A stretch of 64,000 bases of DNA, from NCBI RefSeq assembly GCF_036971445.1, contig NC_091469.1:402814001-402878000 (forward strand), read 5' to 3'. The position numbers and the translations under genes were made by a program. The notes under the pieces are model-generated. The model had not been told where the DNA came from. It saw only the letters and a program-made list of their open reading frames with translations, and searched no databases. Position 1 is the first letter of the stretch, and the number at the start of each line of letters is the position of its first letter. The stretch comes from Narcine bancroftii. Lineage: Eukaryota. This document shows, piece after piece, positions 25,530 to 39,596 of this stretch.

Positions 25530-27964
25530 GCAAACATGATTTATTTTTTTTTTGTTCTGTGACAAAAAGTGTGGGAGTGTTTTTGTGTTGCTTGCTGAAG
25601 GAACTGACTTTTGTACATGGAATATGAAAGGATGCAGTTTCTAAATTGAAGAATCTTAACAAGCGGGGCACTGTAATCTGCTGGATTTTATTATGGGCTC
25701 TCGTCCTCAAAACCATAATGTTCTTTTATAGTCTGGTTTCCTTATGTATTTTGTTCCAAAATTCATATGGCAAATATATTGTTGGTTGGAGTTGTAGCAT
25801 TCGGAACCACACACATTTTAAAATGAACCTACTTGTACAACTATAGAAGCTGATGATTCCAGCACTAAATATAAAAAGGCCTTCAGTAATTTGCCAGGTA
25901 TACATTTGCCAAATGAAAATAGCTCTTCCAAGACTAGATGTGAGATAAGATTTTGACAATCATTTTGCCGTTTCATCTTATTCCCACACTATACCTGTTC
26001 TGGCACTTTAAAAAGCAATAGTAACACAAGAACAGTGAGAAGCACAAAAATTATAAAGGATTTTTCTTCCATAGAGCAGCTGGCAGTGTATATAAGAATA
26101 TTTGGTTATTTATTTTTGTTCTCATAAAGCAGTACTTAAATATTGCTCCCATATGTGATGATGATGTTGTAGAAGTTCACGTCCTGAAGACTTAACATTT
26201 AACATCACTTACATGCTTACTCAAACTTGCCCAAGATGACATGTTATAATGGGAATGTGGAAGAACTCTGTGCATAATTAGTAACATTCCTTGAGACTAA
26301 GAAACACCAATTATTTTCAGTGACAAAAAGTTATCACACACATGCTGTACAAGTAGAATAGGGGAACATTGGAATAATTTGTGAGTTTAAATTGGCCAAT
26401 GGAATTTTATTAATAATTGAGGTTAATGGGATTATCTGGGGCTTTTATTCACTAAAGCAGACATCTGTTGGGCCCCATTTTCTGTCCTTCCTTTAACACA
26501 AACATGCATGAAATTTTTAATGATTGTCCATTTAATTGGATTAAAATACTGTAGTTGTTTCATATGTTCATACTGTAGTTGTGTGTTATGCATTGTTCAC
26601 AACTTCAGCAGATATTTAACATTACAGAACAATTGTTAAATAGAGTGGTTATGTTTAGAAGCATTTTCTCTCTCTCTCCCATTTATATCCAAAGCTCAAT
26701 AATAGACACCTTATCTTCCATGAATTGAATTACTTAATTATGCCTCCATCAAATTTCTGAACCATGATATAGACAGGTGTATGTAATTTAAAGAAAATAT
26801 GGTCTATGCAGCTACTCAGTTTGTGTAAATTGGTAGTTTTACAGATGTTGACATATGGTTAGCTCTGGCATGTATGGCATGGATGTAACATGAGACAAGA
26901 AAACTGTATTGAGGATTATTGCTTGGGATTTCCCATTATTTGTACTTTTATCTAGTAATTATAGATAGTATGTTCTTCCATGAGAACCAAGTCACTGTTA
27001 TTACACCTACGCCTTGTATATTGTGTACTCTTTCAGAGAAAATATACTTAAAAGTAAAAACTCATTGATTCAAAGATAGTACAAACTACAATACAATTTT
27101 GCTTTAATTACTAGAAGTTATCCTGTATAGTTTATCAAAGAAATGTACTTTTTGAATGCAATTACTTTATCAGTCAAGTTTTCTAGACTAAAAATGCATC
27201 TACTGGTGCAAAATTTACCTTTTTCAATAATTAATAACATTGTACATGTTCACATTTACAGCGTCAATTGTGTAATATTTTCTGAACAAAATTGTCCTTG
27301 TGAAAATAATTTTATTAAGATACATTTATTACATTTTTAAAATTAGCTGGTTGCATATGCAAAAACCAAAAGACTGTAATGTACAAAGCAAAAGATGTTG
27401 GTTTTTAAAATATTCATCCATGTTAGCTGTCACTTTTTTTTTGAAAAGCAATTTCAAATGGACATCACATAAAATTACTTTGCCTTTTACTTAACACAAA
27501 ATTCAATATTTGTGCACTTCAGCCAAGAAACATTTACAATCCATCAAGCGAAATAAAAGTTCAGTTGAACATGATTTGGAATTGGATTTGTTCTGAAACC
27601 GAATCAATCAAATGTAACATTTGTACCTCACTTCTTATTATTGGCTACGTATGCATGTGTTCTGTAATCTGTTTCAGAATACTAAACAATTCTTTAATAT
27701 TGCATTATTTATCCACGATAAAGGAATATGTTTAATAATGCCTTCTGGCTATTTAATGATTTATCAATTCCATCTATGTCTTGAGTTTCTCCCTTGGACT
27801 GTAAATTATTGAGTGCCCTAGTAGCATCGACATGCCTTTAGTTTCCAAACCCAAATGAATATTGCTGAGCTAATCTCATTGATGGATATCTGCCATGCTT
27901 TAAAGGATTTAGTTATGATTAAATATCAATTTGCAACACCTTTGCATATCTTTTTTAAAAATAT

Positions 27965-28198
27965 GTAGTCATAACAGGCCATTTTGGCCCACGAGTTCGT
28001 GCCCTCAAATTTACACCCAATTAACCTACATCCCCAATATGTTTTGAATGGTGGGAGGAAACCGGAGCCCCTGGAGAAAACACACGCAGACACAGGGAGA
28101 ACGTAGAAACCCCTTACAGACAGAGTGGGATTTTAACCACAGTAAATTGCTGACGCTGTAAAGGTGTTGCACTAACCCCATGCTAACTGTGCCACCTT
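27965..28198 (-). mobile_element. tRNA-derived SINE (V-SINE/HE1-like) in the putative 3' UTR
   Basis: Core tgggaggaaaccggag...aacacacgcagacacagggagaacgtagaaac, tRNA-like head ggtggcacagttagc on the minus strand, CR1-like tail. Confidence 0.85.
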
Positions 28199-29627
28199 GT
28201 GCAAACTAATCATTATGAATGATTACAAATTATTAAAAGATGATAAACAACAATATTTCTAACTCATAACTCTGCTGCAATTATATCTGAAACCTAACTC
28301 CACAGATTTAATCTTAGTAAAGGAAGTCCTCTGATTACAAAACTACAATAGCATATTCCAGGTCTGGCAGATACTTAGCAGTTAAATTTTTGTTTAAAGG
28401 TACCTTTTGGAAAAAAAAGATGTGTTGCCAATTATTACCTAGTTTAATTTCCAGAATTCACATGCAAGATCTTTTTAAATCCTGGGCTGACATTAGTCCT
28501 TTCTTCAATCAATATAATGTGGCAAAACCTTTGAATTCAGCAACATTTTTAGGAAATGTATAGTAACAAATTTGATCTCCTGAAATGCCTTTCACTACAT
28601 TGTCAAAATGTCAAAAAATGTCAATTATACACTTTCTTTCCCATAAATATTGCAACTACCATGACCTTACCTGTCCACTGGAGTTGGATTGGACTACATA
28701 AATGGCAGTACCCATGATCGGTCTTCCTCGTGCCTTGATCCTGACTAAGTCTGTTTGTGCACTTACTTCCTCGGATTCAATTGCATTTGGCGTACGTGTT
28801 AGTCCAGTTGCATCACTTATAAGACTTGATCTTTTGTCATACATTCATAAGATCCAGGTTAAATATTTGTAGATGATGGAAATTTGAAATTCGTGAGTAA
28901 TTATCTGTGGGGAGTGTCGCTAAGTTGATTCCTGTAGAACAGAGAGAAAGTAAAATAATCTTTTTACTGTCTAATTCCCAACGTCTGACTACATATAAAG
29001 GGAACAAAATTTCCATTATCACTAACATTTGCGAGTCAGAACGTTGACTGGGGAGATTACATTTCTTTTTTCTTCTGAAAACTGCCAGCCAGAAGCATCA
29101 AATGCATTTTGGAATTGAATTGCAAAATCACTTCATTGCAAATCCTGAATATTTTTTTAAATGTTTTTGGACAAGATGAATAGTAGCTGGATCTACAAAC
29201 ACTGTATTATGGGTATAAAGGGACAGCATCGTTATTGTACAAGAGTACTGATCATGAAGTACGGTTGGATCATATTTTAGCCAATTATGCCAAATACAAA
29301 CCATCATGTTATTTAGTGCCAAATATCCAATATGACTGTCTTATCAGCATTTTCATTTGTTGTACCACATACTTATAGCTGTCATAGTATATAATGAAAT
29401 GGTATATGCAAGTGTGATTACACCATTAGCATCAGAAAGATTTGTAAGTAGTTTGAATTCTGTTCTCTGCTCTCCTTTTGTGTTTAAACAGTATTACTGT
29501 AAATGTTTCTTGTACATTTTTTTTGACTTTTTCCATTCGTTTTACTCACGAGTTGTTATGTCCACACACACTGTACGTATCTGGTAAAATATGGTCTTCA
29601 GTAAAGTTTGTAAAACTTAAGTATTGC

Positions 29628-29633
29628 AATAAA
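29628..29633 (+). terminator. Candidate distal polyadenylation signal of AHR
   Basis: AATAAA followed by a GT/T-rich stretch (tgtattttggttgagtattatttt), with TGTA motifs upstream. Confidence 0.5.
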
Positions 29634-31191
29634 AATTCTATGTATTTTGGTTGAGTATTATTTTAATTAAAACAGTAAAGGAAGTCAGAGGAAATATTAA
29701 GGTCTGACTGTACATCAGAACTGGAATGATGGAATAAACAATTCTTTAAAAAAAATGAAATGGAAAGTAAAAATTCCCACTAGAGTAAAATCTTTGAGAT
29801 GATAATTAGGGGAGTTTAAAAAAAAAACTGATGGATAAGTAAGCATCTTCTGAGGCATACAATGCTCTGGCAAAAATAATGCAAACTAAATTATGGGTGT
29901 GATGGTAGGGGCAGGAAAAAGAGTTTTAAATAGACAAGAGGTACAGATTTCAGATGGAAGTTCTGGAAGCATAGTCAAATTTCTGGATGCTTTTCTGGGG
30001 GTTGGGGGAGGGAGGAGTTAGCCCACCAATCCAATCCAAGTAGAGACTTTATTCCAGGAATGCATGAACAGGAAAGGTTCAACTCCACCATAACCAGAAA
30101 GGTAGTCCACCAAGAAAGATAAATAATATCTAAGCTGCCTCAAGATCAGGATCTATGAAGGACCCTAAAATAATGGTGTGGGATCAGGAGAAAATGTAGG
30201 TGTTGATATCTGCTGCACTTTTATGTAAAGGATCAGCAGGTGTAATCAGCCTTCAAGAAATGTAAAATCTTGACCTGAAAAATAATGTTGGAAAAAAATG
30301 TCAATCAGCAATACTCAGGATGTAAATGTAATATTGTAGGTGGTATAAATGGCTAATGATCTTACTATCACTGTAAGGAAAAGTCTGGCAAAAAGAATGC
30401 ACATGATAGGAATAGATATGCTGGATGACCAGAAGAAAATACTGGTTGTAGTTAAAGTATAACGTCACAAAATTCCAGTGTGCAATGGGAAGTTTTCAAA
30501 GACTGAGAGGGAATGAGACAGTCAGATTCTCTATAAACTGCCAATCTGTAACTCTCTTGTCCAATATAAATTATTCTTAATGTACAGGTTAAACAGCAAA
30601 AAAAATGAATGAGGTGGGGACAGTGATGATAGGTATTTTAGGAAATTAAGCTGCAAAGGCAAAAGGAAAATAAGAGAAGGGAAATAACCATGTTATATTG
30701 GGAGCTGGAAGGATCCAAAATACTGAATTGCACCATGTAATTAGCTAAAATCTGTAACATTGATAAATATATGCACAAATGTACTTATAATAAAGTTACC
30801 CTAATGACTTGATAGACCACATTTTTTTTTTCAATTAATCTTGTGTCCTGGCTATTTGAAGGTAGAGACGAGAAACTGATTTGAGGTCATAGTAGGGACT
30901 GCAATGAGAGTAAAGATACAAGGCACACAGACAGAAAAGTGAAGTAAAGATAATGTGGAATACAAATAGGAGACTGAATAAACTCCTCACATTATTGTTA
31001 TATTTATCCCACATAACTACAATTTGACTAATAATACCAAAGCATTTTGCATAATGGGGTTTTATATTCCATCTTGACTCAGGTTTAAGTTTCTTTACTT
31101 TCTCATGGGTCACTGAGTGCAATAAAAACTAAGTCAAACGCATTAATTTTCAATTTTCCCTGTCCTAAAATCTCTGAATTAGTTACATATA

Positions 31192-32050
31192 TCTTTGGCT
31201 TGGCTTCGCGGACAAAGATTTATGGAGGGGGTAAAAAGTCCACGTCAGCTGCAGGCTCGTTTGTGGCTGACAAGTCCGATGCGGGACAGGCAGACACGGT
31301 TGCAGCGGTTGCAGGGGAAAATTGGTTGGTTGGGGTTGGGTGTTGGGTTTTTCCTCCTTTGCCTTTTGTCAGTGAGGTGGGCTCTGCGGTCTTCTTCAAA
31401 GGAGGTTGCTGCCCACCAAACTGTGAGGCGCCGAGATGCACGGTTTGAGGTGATATCAGCCCACTGGCGGTGGTCAATGTGGCAGGCACCAAGAGATTTC
31501 TTTAGGCAGTCCTTGTACCTTTTCTTTGGTGCACCTCTGTCATGGTGGCCAGTGGAGAGCTCGCCATATAACACGATCTTGGGAAGGCGATGGTCCTCCA
31601 TTCTGGAGACGTGACCCACCCAGCGCAGCTGGATCTTCAGCAGCGTGGACTCGATGCTGTCGACCACTGCCATCTCGAGTACTTCGACGTTAGGGATGAA
31701 AGCGCTCCAATGAATGTTGAGGATGGAGCGGAGACAACGCTGGTGGAAGCGTTCTAGGAGCCATAGGTGATGCCGGTAGAGGACCCATGATTCGGAGCCG
31801 AACAGGAGTGTGGGTATGACAACGGCTCTGTATATGCTTATCTTTGTGAGGTTTTTCAGTTGGTTGTTTTTCCAGACTCTTGTGTAGTCTTCCAAAGGCG
31901 CTATTTGCCTTGGCGAGTCTGTTGTCTATCTCATTGTCGATCCTTGCATCTGATGAAATGGTGCAGCCGAGATAGGTAAACTGGTTGACCGTTTTGAGTT
32001 TTGTGTGCCCGATGGAGATGTGGGGGGGCTGGTAGTCATGGTGGGGAGCT
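31192..32050 (-). mobile_element. Young RTE LINE, 5'-truncated (about 860 bp)
   Basis: Peptide YRAVVIPTLLFGSESW...LRWVGHVSRMEDHRLPKIVLYGEL...C2H2-like end CNRC...SHKRAC; family 3' motif. Confidence 0.95.
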
Positions 32051-32564
32051 ATTAGTAGTTATAAAAAAAATGTACATCTGATGTAGGACATATAACAAAG
32101 ATCCCATTACCATTCTGAAAATTATCATTAAAATTATTATGAACATTACTGGATTCCAACAATTCCATTGTAATGTTCAAACTTGAAACTATCTTGAAAT
32201 AAACCTTATCACAAATTTAATAAATTTTAATGGATTGAGGACTGGTTAATTTTGTGTTAATTAATTAATTTGGTTCCTTCTCATATTTTATGGTCCCATT
32301 ATCCCTGTATTTGACTGGAGTACAATCTGATTTTGGAAAAAATAAGTTGGAAATTTTCAGCAACTCAATTTGCATCTATAGAAAGACAGATGAATTAATT
32401 TACATTAGAAGAAGGAAATACTCAAGTTATATTATAATCTGATTACAACTTGACAAAAAGGCATTCCCCAGTCTTTGATGCAAAAACATACAAACATATC
32501 TTGACTTAACAGACATACACAGAATATATAAATAGTAATCTCAGAGGGTTTGTATGAGCAGTTC

Positions 32565-33365
32565 ATATAACCATATAATTACAGTACAAAAACAGGCCAT
32601 CTCGGCCCCTCCAAGAGATCTCCTCTAGTCCCGCTTACCTGCACCCTGCTCATAATCCTCCAATCCTCTCACAACCATACATCTATCTAACTTTTTCTTA
32701 AATGACAAAATTGACCTTGCTGCAACCACTTCTTCCAGAAGGTCATTCCACTCAGCTGAGTGAAGAAGCTCCCTCTCATGTTACTTCTAAACTTTTGCCC
32801 CCTAACCATTAACTTAGACCCCTCTTTCCAATCTCACCTACCCGCAAAGGGAGGAGCCTATTCACATCTACTCTATCAATCCCCCTCAATTTTAAATACC
32901 TCTATCAAATCCCCCCTCAACCTTCTACCCTCCAATGAATAAAGACCCAGTTTAATCAATCTTTCTTTGTATTCTAGATACTGTAATCCAGGCAATGTTT
33001 TAGTAAATCTTCTCTGCACCTTCTCTACCTTATTGATATCTTTCCTATAATTTGGGGGCCAGAACCGTACACAGTATTACAAATTTAGCCTCACCAATGC
33101 CTTGAATAGTTTTAACATCACTTCCCAACTCCTATATTCTATGCTTTGATTTATAAAGACCAGCATACCAAAAGCCTCCTTTACCACTCTATCCACATGA
33201 GATTCCACTTTCAAAGAATGATGAACCATTATTCGAAGATCTCTCTGTTCTTCTGCATTCATTAATACCCTCCCCTTCACTGCATATGTCCTGTTTTGAT
33301 TATTCTTCCTAAAATGAAGTATTTCACACATCGGTATTAAACTTCATCTGCCATCTTTCAGCCCA
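32565..33365 (-). mobile_element. CR1 LINE 3' fragment
   Basis: Peptide CEILHFRKNNQ...QRDLRIMVHHSLK; tail ataaccatata. Confidence 0.88.
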
Positions 33366-33678
33366 CTTGCAAGGAGCCATCCCCAGGATTAGGACTATTC
33401 TACCTTCTATTGGTGATGTCATGATGTATTGAGTGATGGTGAACCTGCCCTAAATCCTGATCAATGTATTATGATCTTATAATTTGTATTTACACATATT
33501 ACATATATAATTATGCATGATTAATTTTGTTGAAATCTAACATAATTAAGCTTTATGTTCAGCACAGTATAAGCCCTTCAACTTCTGTTGTGCCAACCTA
33601 TATAAACCTTTATAAGGGACATTGGGAAAGTGCAAGAAATAAATAGTAAGAGCAGACAATTGTTAAATAAGGTGGAAT

Positions 33679-33803
33679 GTTGGTAGCACTATACCATTCA
33701 ATTTATGTAGCATGGGAAAGTTGGTAGCACTAGTGTGTACAATTTAAACAGTGTGGGGAGGTTGGTAGCACTATCGCTTACAATTTATAAATACCATGGG
33801 GGA
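33679..33803. repeat. Degenerate 41-bp-period repeat, 3 units
   Basis: GTTGGTAGCACTA at 33679, 33720 and 33761, each followed 7 nt later by CAATTTA. Confidence 0.8.
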
Positions 33804-34614
33804 AAAGCGATGGTGATCCTGCCCTCCTAGGATTTCATGCTGCAGAAAAATGACTGTATGTCCAGCTGCATACGTGGAACATGCATAGAGGGGTTTCTCT
33901 ACTGCACAGCATTCTGGGAAGTCAGGTCTGCCTTCGTTTTTTCCCACGATCTTTATAAATTGTCCGCTATTGCTGTTAATTGCTATTTATTTCCTCTCTC
34001 TCCCACTGCAACTTTCCCATGGCAATGTTTATACCTTCATTTTAATCTTTTCTTCCTCCACTCACATAAAAACTTGGGTCATTTCAATCCCACAATACAA
34101 TTACTCCATTCACACTTGCCTGATTGCAACGCCGGCATCTGCGGACTCCGGAGATTGTACTAGGGGTCGAGGCTATCAATCTCCAGTGTGAGATGAAGTC
34201 ATCTGAAAACAGCTTTCAGCTGATTTTGCTTTCACACCTCACTTTAAAGGCCGATTGGTGTTCAATTCCTGGGATCACTTGCAAGTGCGAAAGGGGCTTG
34301 TGACCCAGACAGCCAGGACACACTCGAGAAAGCTCTGTAGAAAGTGGACAGGATGTTGGCAAGTGAACTTGCCTGCCTCAGTCTTCTCAGAAAGTACCAT
34401 CTCTGTGGTGCCTTCCTGACAAGTGAGATGTGTGACCAGTAGACTTCAAGAAACAAGGTGTGCTCCACTCTCTCTACTATCAAGTTATTCTGCACTCATG
34501 CCTCCTTCAGTTAATCTTCTGTTGTCTTTATTTGTTCTATTACTACCTTCTTTTCCTTGTAATTTTGAATTGATTCTCTCCTATCAAGAATATTCCCTTT
34601 TATTCATCAAGTTA

Positions 34615-34860
34615 AATTGCCCCAGAGTAGAGTGGATTTCTTAGCTAATTGTATAGCTGTGGATCCGAAGTAATGTATAGGCCAGACTTGTCAAAAACAG
34701 TAGATTTCCTCCCTTAAAGGACATAAGATTTTTTTTTTAATTCCAGAACTATTGATTGAAGTTTAATTCCACAACTGCCTGTTGGGGTTTAAAAACCAAT
34801 CCCCAAATTTTTAGATCAAGTCTCTAGATTAATTGTCTCGTAACTAGCCACCAGCCATCA
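34615..34860 (-). mobile_element. Old SINE remnant (SacSINE1/DeuSINE-like)
   Basis: taggccagact...gtagatttcctcccttaaaggacat...tttaattccacaactgcc resembles the shark DeuSINE core; recalled from memory, not searched. Confidence 0.5.
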
Positions 34861-35314
34861 TGTGTTCTTGTCATGCGTTCACCTCTATTTCCTGAAGTAG
34901 AATGGTGCAAATTTTTCATCAACAGTCACAAAATGATGTTTACCATTCACTTTATGAACAGCTGCTCATAATGTTTAATGATCTTGAGTGGAGACCTGTT
35001 TTAATCTGACATCTGATCCAGCTCACAAACCTGTTCAGGGTATATGCTGTGTCTATGACCAAATAAGGACTTCCAGACTCTTCATCCAAATGTAGATATC
35101 TGTATATTTATGGCCATTTAGTTGAAGAACAGCTCAAAGGCTGTGACCTGTTTTTTAACAAAAAAGCTCACATTTATTAAATTTATCACATTTATCTTGG
35201 AATTATCTCAGAATTGGTCACCTAAAATTCTCCAAAGCATTGTTGCTGCTTGAATGTAAACAAACATACTTATCATTTGAGACACATCTGGATTCCACAC
35301 ATAACAATTATTTT

Positions 35315-36355
35315 AGATTTAATGTACATGGCATCACATATAACCCTAAGATTCCTTTATCCTGCAGGCACAGCAGAATTACCACTAATTGGTAGTGCAA
35401 AAAATAAACTGTAATGGTGTAAATATGTAAACAAATAAAATAAGTGTAAACAGATAATGAGGATAAACAAACTGCAATAGAAAGAGAACAAAGAAAATCA
35501 ATAAAGTGAACAAGTAAGAGTCCTTAAATGAGTCTCTGATTGACTTCGTCATTAAAGATTCTGATGGTGGGAGGGTTGCAGCTGTTCCTGAACCTAATGG
35601 TGTGAGTCTTGTGGCACCTATTCCTCTTTCCTGATGGCAGCAGTGAGAACAGAGCATGTGCTGAGTGGTGTGGGTCTTTGATAATTGCTGCTGCTCTCCA
35701 ACAGCAGCATTCCCTGTAGATGGTGGGGAGGATTTTGTTTGTGATGTCCTGGGCTGTGTCCACTACCTTTTGGAGGGCTTTATGCTCAGGGGTATTGGTG
35801 CACCCATACCAGACCATGATGTAGTTGGTCAACACACTTTCCACTACACCTTTGTAGAAATTTGCCAGGGTTTCTGATGTCTTACCAAACCCCTGCAAAC
35901 TCCTGTGGAAGTAGAAGCACTGATATGCTTTCTTCATGAAGCCATTTGTATGTTGGGTCCAGGAAAGATCTTCTGAGCTAATGACTCCCAAGAACCTAAA
36001 TTTACTCACTTTATTCATCTCTGATCCCCCAATGATCATTGGATTGTATACCTCTGAATTTCCTTTCCTAAAGTCAACAATCAGCTCCTTAGTTTTGGTG
36101 ATATGGAGTACAAGTTGTTGGTGCACCATTCAACCAAGTTTTCAATCTCCATCTTGTACACTGGCTCATCCACTTCATTTATACTACCATGGTATAGTCA
36201 GCAAATTTGTAGATGGTGTTGTTGTCATATTGAGCTACACAGTCGTAGGTGTAAAGTGAGTAGAGCAGAAGAACACAGTCATGTGGCGCTCCGATACTGA
36301 TGGAGATTGCGGAGGAGAAATTCTTACCAATCCTCACTGATTGTGGTCACCAGGT
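35315..36355 (-). mobile_element. Rex1/Babar LINE 3' part
   Basis: 201-aa peptide KTKELIVDFRK...FLGVISSEDLSWTQH...KDPHHSAHALFSLLPSGKR...RFRNS. Confidence 0.9.
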
Positions 36356-36674
36356 AACCATGTTTTGACTAACAAGAGAATGGGTCATCAGGCCAATTCT
36401 CTGATAGATGGTTAAATACAAGTAGGATGAATAATCTTTGTTCATTTCTACGCTGCTATATTCTAATTATATAATGCATTTTGAAAGCTCCTACACAATA
36501 AAACAGCAATCATATCGTACAACAATTAAAGTGAAATGTTTATGCACTTCATTGTTTCCCCGATTTGAAAGTATAGAAATTCAACTAAACTACTTTTGTA
36601 TGGCTTAAGAATATTTTTCTCCTACCCTTCCCTCCAATGCAAGTGAGGCATGGAACTCATGTTGATTTAAGAAG

Positions 36675-37129
36675 TTCTTTGGCTTGGCTTCGCGGACAAA
36701 GATTTACGGAGGGGGTAAAAGTCCACGTCAGCTGCAGGCTCGTTTGTGGCTGACAAGTCCGATGCGGGACAGGCAGACACGGTTGCAGCGGCTGCAGGGG
36801 AAAATTGGTTGGTTGGGGTTGGGTGTTGGGTTTTTCCTCCTTTGCCTTTTGTCAGTGAGGTGGGCTCTGCGGTCTTCTTCAAAGGAGGTTGCTGCCCGCC
36901 AAACTGTGAGGCGCCAAGATGCACAGTTTGAGGCGATATCAGCTCACTGGCGGTGGTCAATGTGGCAGGCACCAAGAGATTTCTTTAGGCAGTCCTTGTA
37001 CCTTTTCTTTGGTGCACCTCTGTCACGGTGGCCAGTGGAGAGCTCGCCATATAACACGATCTTGGGAAGGCGATGGTCCTCCATTCTGGAGACGTGACCC
37101 ACCCAGCGCAGCTGGATCTTCAGCAGCGT
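36675..37129 (-). mobile_element. Young RTE LINE 3' fragment
   Basis: Near-identical to 31192-31645. Confidence 0.95.
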
Positions 37130-38149
37130 TAGTAATTACGTTCCACACTCAAATTATAATTATTATTCCAATACACAATTAGAAGCCTTCCACATATATT
37201 GTGCCTCAGAAAATATTTACAAGGAAGACAAACACAGCCCTCTCATCACACTGACCAAAACCACACGATTCAGTTCTTCTTCATACCTAAGACACAGTTT
37301 GCAAGAAATAAATACCAAGCATGCAAGGGATCATTTACCCATTTTTGGCCTCCAGATTCAAATCATATCTGCCTCAACATTTCCTGATCTTCTTTTGAAC
37401 ATGATCAGTATCGCTCCTATATTGGAGTATTATGTAATTCTAAAGCTCTGATAACTATAGTATATTTTTGAACTTTGAAACTGCTTGCATTATTTCCAAT
37501 CAACATTCCAACTTTTACCAATTTCATTCACAAGTTCTGAGATGAAGCATAGTACCTTGAATTCTTGCCTTTTGATTTGATTTTAAATCTCTCTCGCTCT
37601 CTGAAATAGAAGCAAGATTCAGGGGCCTACATGAAAGGGAAGTCCTGTGGTGTGTGATAGAAATCTCAATTTGTCTTTGTGGATTGACTGACTTTCATGG
37701 AATGTAAAGACTCCCTCTTTGGAAAAATGTAGAAAATGTCGCAAGATAAGCATACTATGATTTCCATCTGGAAAACTCCAAATCACTTCTTGTTTTCTCT
37801 TGTCCACTCCTTCAGAAGCTAGAATTGTCATGGAGTGTGCAGTTTCCTTCCCATATAATTTAAAAAATTTTGAATTGATTTATATTTTCATGGAACATAA
37901 TTGAGTTACATGATCTTTTGTTAAGTAAAATGCCAACCGTTAATTTAGCAGTACTTAAAGACCTTCAGGCAATTTGATAATTTGTAATTCTTGAGGTGTC
38001 AAAAACATTGAGGATTAATTTAGTTCATAGCTATTGCACAATGCACGGAGAAATACACCCTTCCCTTTATTTCCTTTTTGAAGAAATTGCAAGATCTGAC
38101 CGAGAATTAAATCAAGGCATTTTTGATAAAACCAAAGTCAACAGGCAAA

Positions 38150-38600
38150 CAAAATTGAGGTAAACAAGAAGTCTGCAGATGCTGGTGAACTAGAACAATA
38201 GACCAAATGCTGGAGGAAATGGACAGCGAATCTTTGGAAAGCAATAGGGCAGTCACCATTTCAGGCCCAAGTCCTGCTTCTTCACGTATGCCGAAAATCA
38301 AGGAAATCCCCGAATAAGATGAGTTTAAGGCGGTTGGTGGGGGGTGGGGGGGGAAGGAGGAGGAAAGAAAAGGAGGAACACAGGCTAGCAGATAATGTGT
38401 GAGGGAGGAGAAGAAAAAAGAGTTGAGGTGATAGGGATGGGGGGCAAAAGCCTGAGAAAGATGCCCTCTGATAGAAGAGAAGGGGTTAGGGAGCTGGAGG
38501 AAAGTGGCATTGGAGATATCTTGAAGTCACTTCTCACACGGAGAAAGGTGACAGTGATTGCCAGAGACAATCATTTCAGCTCATGGTAGCACTACATCAG
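38150..38600 (-). mobile_element. Probable Penelope-like 3' remnant
   Basis: gtctgcagatgctgg...aaatgctggaggaa is the reverse complement of the tail type at 23400-23490; followed by a purine-rich tract. Confidence 0.5.
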
Positions 38601-39596
38601 GGAAATGTCCTCAATCTCACTAATATCAGCTGCTTCATCACTTAATCTCATAAAGGGTCAATTCTATTTGCAATTCCTCAGTGAATGAAGCAGTCCATGA
38701 CTGCAAGATGTGGGCGATACTGAGGAATGGGCTAATAAGCAAGTATAATTGTGTGACAAACGTTCCAGACACTGAGAACCCCCAAGAGAGGGTATTACCT
38801 ACCTACTCTTGACAGTTAATGGTATTACCATTACTGGGTTTCCCCTTCAATCAAAGATCTCAGGGGCCACCATTAAGCAGAAACTCAAATAAGCTACCCA
38901 TATAAATAACATGGCTGCAAGACCGAATTGAAATAACTGATTCAACTCTGATGTCCAAACATCATTCCAGTGTCCACAAGAATCCAGGATGAACTGGCCG
39001 TTTATGTGGAAAATTGGCTTGGTGATAGGAGACAGTGGTGAATGATTGTTTTGCAGGTTGGAAATGGTGTATCATCTGGATTAGATCAATATAATGGAAT
39101 ACTGTGCTCCTAACTGCATAAATGCCACATCCACATGTTCAAGAGGCTCGAGACCATCCAGAACACAATTGCCCAATTGATAGACATGCCTTCAACCATA
39201 TCCATTCTCTCTACTAATAGCTTAAGACCATAGGACATGGCAGTGCAATTAGGCTATTCTCTCCATTGAGTCTGCTCCTCCATTTAATCAGGAGTTGGTC
39301 CATTTTGTCAATCAGCCCCATTGCCCAGCCTTCTCACCATAACATTTGATGCCCAAGCTAATCAAGAATTGAACTCTGCCTTAAATGTACCAAATAACCT
39401 GGCTTCCATAACTGCCTGACATATTCAACAGATTGACCATCCTCTGGCTGAAGAAATTCATACACATCTCTGTTCTAAGCAGCTGCCCTTCAATCCTGAA
39501 GTTGTGCCCTCTTGTCCTAGATTCTCCCACCATGGGAAACAACCTTTCCACATCTACTTTGTTCATGCCTTTCAATATTTGGAATGTTTCAATGAG

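Larger units (their letters stand above)
25530..29655 (+). other. AHR: Putative long AHR 3' UTR
   Basis: AT-rich unique sequence after the stop codon with only one recognisable SINE; candidate AATAAA at 27552 and 29628. The end position is inferred. Confidence 0.55.

Noticed and set aside
28730-28736. miR-124 seed match GTGCCTT in the putative 3' UTR
   Set aside because: One 7-mer in 4 kb is not significant without conservation data.
33679-33803. CRISPR-like repeat/spacer appearance
   Set aside because: Only three 13-bp repeats, the linkers are related to each other, the context is eukaryotic and there are no cas genes.
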